Shown: positions 59,989 through 64,000 of the stretch, in pieces
How positions within the stretch are numbered: the stretch's first letter is position 1
Layout of the letters: each line of letters begins with the position of its first letter
Program-made: the position numbers and the translations under genes
NCBI GenBank assembly: GCA_964391975.1
Contig: CAYMNZ010000001.1
Span: 262,978-326,977, forward strand
Source of the DNA: an uncultured Candidatus Saccharibacteria bacterium
GTDB lineage: Bacteria; Patescibacteriota; Minisyncoccia; Phycocordibacterales; Phycocordibacteraceae
Direction: 5' to 3'
DNA: 64,000 bases
Notes under the pieces: model-generated
What the model saw: the letters and a program-made list of their open reading frames with translations, nothing else
Database searches by the model: none
What the model was told of the DNA's origin: nothing

Positions 59989-60594
59989 ATGGATTTTATC
60001 CAAAAAATATTGACCCGTTATCATGCTGACCTCCTTCATACGACGGTTGCCATAATCTACTTGCTATATTTTTGGTATAAAAATTTTGAACTTGTCTCTC
60101 TTGACTTTCTTTTGCAGTTTTCAACATTTGAGCGACTGCTCGTCTTTTTCCTTATTGCTTTCGTTATTGGAAAGGTAGTTGCAACTCTTGGAAGTATTTT
60201 TATAAAAACAACAATCTGGCTTGCTTTTCAACATAACAAGGCTGCATCCTGGAAACAATTCAAAAATGATTTCATACTTAACGTCTCTTTTTCCAATAAA
60301 AAAATTCAACGAAAAGTGGCGGTTGGTTCTGCTGATCTTTTTGTCTTTCTCAACCAACATCCTCTTCTGCAGCGTGAGAGTGAAGCACACGAAAATGCAC
60401 AGGAGTTCTGGTTCACTATGGTTGGGTTCACCCTGGTAGCAATGTTTAGTTCTGTGCAATTCTACGAACTTGTCGCCTTGGCTCTTCTTTTCCTCTTTTC
60501 GACTGCTGTCGCTATCCGCGGCCGCCTTTTGTATCGAGGATTCAGATCACAGTGCTCCCTTCTTGCCTTTGAAGCTATGGGTGGAAAGACGTAG
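59989..60594 (+). CDS. AT-rich hypothetical membrane protein
   Basis: About 4 TM segments; TATACT 6 nt upstream. Confidence 0.65.
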   Translation: MDFIQKILTRYHADLLHTTVAIIYLLYFWYKNFELVSLDFLLQFSTFERLLVFFLIAFVIGKVVATLGSIFIKTTIWLAFQHNKAASWKQFKNDFILNVSFSNKKIQRKVAVGSADLFVFLNQHPLLQRESEAHENAQEFWFTMVGFTLVAMFSSVQFYELVALALLFLFSTAVAIRGRLLYRGFRSQCSLLAFEAMGGKT

Positions 60595-60653
60595 CTGTGC
60601 CGCCCACACTCTATTCAACAGGTCTTTAGAGAGGTATACTAAGTCATAAGACC

Positions 60654-62111
60654 ATGTGTGGCGTCATTGGTATTTCCTCCCGTAAGCCAGTCGCAGGGGA
60701 GCTGTATGAGGGTCTCATCAACCTCCAGCACCGCGGCCAGGACTCGACCGGTATCGCCACATTCAACGGCCGTTTCCATGTAGTGCGTGGCGTCGGCTAC
60801 GTACGCGAAGCCTACAACCAAGCAGCCTTTGAGGAGCTAGCAGGGAACATGGGCATCGCGCAGACTCGCTACTCCACTGCAGGTTCTGCCACACAGGTTG
60901 GGAACGCCCAACCTTTTCTTACAAATTCCGCTTATGGAATAGCGCTTGTACATAACGGTAATCTCACGAACTACCCACAGCTTCGTAAGGAACTTCAGGA
61001 GAACGATCATTTTCATTGCAATTCAGATTCAGACACCGAGGCACTCCTAGGGGTCTTTGCTACTGAACTCCAGAAGGCACCGGACTCAAAGCAGTTCTTT
61101 GATACCGTTTGCGCGGCCATGGAGCAGGTCTACAAGCGTGTGCACGGAGGGTACGCAGTGGTCGGTGTGATTGCTGGAAAGGGCATGTTTGCCTTCCGCG
61201 ATCAGCACGGCATTCGTCCGCTCGTCATGGGAAAGAGGGATGCGAACGAGTACGTTTTCTCCTCTGAGAACACGCCGTTCACTCCGCTTGGCTTTGAGTA
61301 CGTTGGAGATGTGGAGGCAGGGGAATTGGTCTTTGTGGATACTGAAGGCAACATCTTCCGCAAGAAGATTGTGAACGAGCAGTTCACCCCGGATGTCTTT
61401 GAATACGTGTACTTCGCTCGTCCGGATGCCGTGTTGAACAATGTCTCGGTGTACAGGGCTCGCCTGCGCATGGGACAGAACCTCGCTCAGAGATGGAAGG
61501 AGCTCCATCCAGACATCACCCCTGACCTTGTGGTTCCGGTGCCGTTTACCTCAAACCCAATTGCACTTGCCTTTGCCCACGAGATTGGCGTTCGCTACTC
61601 CGAAGCCCTCTACCGCAACATCTTCATTGGCAGGACCTTCATCATGCCAGGGCAGGACAACCGCTCGAAGTCGGTGCGCCGTAAGCTCTCACCTCAAGCA
61701 ATTGAGCTTGAAGGAAAGGATGTGCTTCTTGTTGATGACTCGATTGTTCGCGGTACCACGACCAAGGAAGTGATTGAAATGGTGCGCAGGGCAGGAGCAC
61801 GCAAGGTGTATTTCGCTTCTGCCTGTCCGCCCATCATGTACCCGGATTTTTACGGCATCGACATTCCAACCAAGGATGAACTCATTGCTGCACGTAAGAC
61901 CGTCCCTGAAATCCAGAAGTTCATCGGTGCTGATCTTCTGGTCTACCAGACCATTGAAGGACTTTCTGAGGCAATCATGCGCAAGGGCGAGCACGATATC
62001 GATCGTCTCTCCATGCCGTATCTTGATGGGTGGTATGTCACTGGAGACATTGATGAGGCACGAATGGAGGAGGTGAAGAAGACGCGCACTGACGAGCGCG
62101 CCTACGACTAA
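60654..62111 (+). CDS. purF: amidophosphoribosyltransferase
   Basis: N-terminal MCG, QHRGQD, HNGNL, GIRPL, FEYVYFARPD, VDDSIVRGTT. Confidence 0.97.
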   Translation: MCGVIGISSRKPVAGELYEGLINLQHRGQDSTGIATFNGRFHVVRGVGYVREAYNQAAFEELAGNMGIAQTRYSTAGSATQVGNAQPFLTNSAYGIALVHNGNLTNYPQLRKELQENDHFHCNSDSDTEALLGVFATELQKAPDSKQFFDTVCAAMEQVYKRVHGGYAVVGVIAGKGMFAFRDQHGIRPLVMGKRDANEYVFSSENTPFTPLGFEYVGDVEAGELVFVDTEGNIFRKKIVNEQFTPDVFEYVYFARPDAVLNNVSVYRARLRMGQNLAQRWKELHPDITPDLVVPVPFTSNPIALAFAHEIGVRYSEALYRNIFIGRTFIMPGQDNRSKSVRRKLSPQAIELEGKDVLLVDDSIVRGTTTKEVIEMVRRAGARKVYFASACPPIMYPDFYGIDIPTKDELIAARKTVPEIQKFIGADLLVYQTIEGLSEAIMRKGEHDIDRLSMPYLDGWYVTGDIDEARMEEVKKTRTDERAYD

Positions 62112-62113
62112 CT

Positions 62114-62142
62114 TTGACTAGCTAAGTGCTTTCGGGCATATT
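62114..62142 (+). promoter_or_regulatory. putative leaderless promoter of grpE
   Basis: TTGACT-17 nt-CATATT, ATG 6 nt later. Confidence 0.55.
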
Positions 62143-62148
62143 TTTTAT

Positions 62149-62697
62149 ATGAATGACGATGACGTCGTATTGGATACCGATGGCCTTGAAGAAGGTGGCA
62201 GCGAGGAAGACCTCGAAGCTATAGAGGCAGATGCTACAGGCCGAGTAAAGAAGCTCAAGAGTGAGCTCGAGAAAGTGCGCAAAGAAAAACAGGAATACCT
62301 TGACGGCTGGCAGCGCGCCAAAGCTGACTACGTGAACGCTCTTAAGCGCTTTGAGGCGGAGAAGCTTGGCGCAGTCTCTCTGGGCAAGCTCGTGAGTGTG
62401 CAGGCCTTTCTCCCGGCAATAGACTCACTTGATCGTGCTGAAGCTGCAGGGGATGTACCCGAGTCTTTCAGGGGCATTGCCAAGCAACTCCATGACGCTG
62501 CAAAGACGCTTGGTCTCGAGAAATTCGGTACCGTAGGGGAGGCGTTTGACCCAAATATGCACGAAGCCCTCGGGCAGGACCCAGCTGCCTCAGCCGAGGA
62601 AGACGATACCGTGACCGCAATTCTAGAACCCGGATGGAAGTCCAGGGATTCGGTTGTTCGCGCTGCTAAGGTCCGGGTCGCACACTTCGAAGGTTAG
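62149..62697 (+). CDS. grpE: nucleotide exchange factor GrpE
   Basis: QRAKADYVN..KR, FDPNMHEA, VVRAAKVRV. Confidence 0.95.
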   Translation: MNDDDVVLDTDGLEEGGSEEDLEAIEADATGRVKKLKSELEKVRKEKQEYLDGWQRAKADYVNALKRFEAEKLGAVSLGKLVSVQAFLPAIDSLDRAEAAGDVPESFRGIAKQLHDAAKTLGLEKFGTVGEAFDPNMHEALGQDPAASAEEDDTVTAILEPGWKSRDSVVRAAKVRVAHFEG

Positions 62698-62936
62698 GCC
62701 TTCGATTTCGCAGCTGCTTTTGCAACAGGTTTGGTGACCATCTTTGCGTATGGACCCTTTGGGGTCTGTACGATTGAGAAGCACACCTTATCGCCCTTTT
62801 TGAGATCCGAGAACCGCACGTCTCGGAGGTCGTCTGAATGGAAAAAGAGGGGTTCTTTCACGCCAACTATGCGGATGAAGCCGAAGCCGCTTGCGCGTTC
62901 GACGAGTTCCGTGATGATTCCCTTGTGCGTTGCCAT
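62694..62936 (-). CDS. cold-shock domain protein (divergent, basic tail)
   Basis: GFGFI, LFFHS, KGP.A..V. Confidence 0.85.
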   Translation of the reverse strand: MATHKGIITELVERASGFGFIRIVGVKEPLFFHSDDLRDVRFSDLKKGDKVCFSIVQTPKGPYAKMVTKPVAKAAAKSKA

Positions 62937-62946
62937 GATGTTGTAC

Positions 62947-62973
62947 AAAAAGGCACCCCGAAAGGTGCCGTTT
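62947..62973 (-). terminator. intrinsic terminator between the two csp genes
   Basis: Minus strand GGCACC-TTTCGG-GGTGCC-TTTTT. Confidence 0.8.
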
Positions 62974-62977
62974 CTGA

Positions 62978-63178
62978 TTAGACGCGGCGGACGTTAACGG
63001 CCCGTGGTCCTTTCTCTGCCTGTTCGACTTCGAACGAGACAGTGTCGCCAACCTTAAGGTCGTCAAACGCTACGTCCACCAAACCGTTGGAGTGGAAGAA
63101 GAGATCCTTCTCCTCACCATCGCGCTTGATGAAACCGAAGCCTTTGTCCGTTACGGCGGCTATTGTTCCTTGCTGCAT
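62978..63178 (-). CDS. cold-shock protein (CspA family)
   Basis: KGFGFI, DLFFHS, KGPRAVNV. Confidence 0.93.
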   Translation of the reverse strand: MQQGTIAAVTDKGFGFIKRDGEEKDLFFHSNGLVDVAFDDLKVGDTVSFEVEQAEKGPRAVNVRRV

Positions 63179-63334
63179 ACGTTGTAAGAGCTTTGCACCT
63201 GATAACTATCAAGTACAGGTACTGACATCGGAGGCTCGACAGTCTCTTAGCGCAGCGCTGCGATTTGACTCTTGGATATTAGCATAGAACCCGGCCTGTG
63301 TCGACCCCTTCTTCCTTGGTATACTAGAGAGATT

Positions 63335-63622
63335 ATGTCAGAAACTCACAGACCAAAAGGAGAGGTTGCTCACTTTCGTAGCCCAGATGCTGCTGTAGAT
63401 TTCCCTCGGAAGGAATCTCCAGCTGCCCAGATACGGAGAATTACGAACATTATCAATATCTCAAAGGCTGCAATTAACGAGGCCCGCGCGGCGCTTACGA
63501 AACTCGATGCAGGGGAGTCCATGCCCTTCGAGCGTGAGGTATACGAAGAAAGCATCCTCGACTATGAGGCTTCTATCGAGGCGCTTGAAGAGCATGTGAA
63601 AGGTTTGAGGACACACAAGTAA
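63335..63622 (+). CDS. hypothetical protein
   Basis: 95 aa, helical-hairpin-like; TATACT 9 nt upstream. Confidence 0.55.
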   Translation: MSETHRPKGEVAHFRSPDAAVDFPRKESPAAQIRRITNIINISKAAINEARAALTKLDAGESMPFEREVYEESILDYEASIEALEEHVKGLRTHK

Positions 63623-63709
63623 GAAAGACTTGAACCCAGAAATCTCTGGGTGTAAACTGAATAGATAAGGGCATTAGGGGTTCAGACACTATTAATAGGG
63701 ACTGTGTAA

Positions 63710-64000
<291 letters not shown>

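Overview
A 64-kb chromosomal segment, almost all on the + strand, read with genetic code 11 and very compact. By inference it comes from a Patescibacteria/CPR bacterium (Parcubacteria-like). Pointers are the short UvrC, AlaS, ATP synthase delta/epsilon and L13, a sigma-4/HARE-HTH protein, and many small orphans. It carries tgt-uvrB, ATP-citrate lyase, uvrA-uvrC-ddl, five tRNAs interleaved with accessory ORFs, a full F1Fo ATP synthase operon, ychF, leuS, mltG, a de novo purine cluster (purL/Q/E/M/C/B plus purF), mnmA, a nuclease/DNA-repair block, alaS, the infA-rpmJ-rpsM-rpsK-rpsD-rpoA-rplQ-rplM-rpsI operon, grpE, two cold-shock genes and the start of dnaK. The most striking unexplained structure is at about 50.06-51.60 kb. 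There, four unrelated small ORFs are each followed by a copy of a 27-28 bp repeat (GGTTCCAACATCGTCCCAGACAGCCAGC). Three copies form hairpins with co-varying arms, two of them with an AAC...GTT frame like a miniature attC. Each copy sits at a fixed distance before a -10 box, the array starts at a tRNA-3'-end remnant, and no integrase is visible. Other window-wide patterns are pervasive leaderless-type promoters (TANNNT 6-9 nt before ATG) and repeated loss of Cys metal ligands. All protein calls come from motif recognition by eye, with no database searches.
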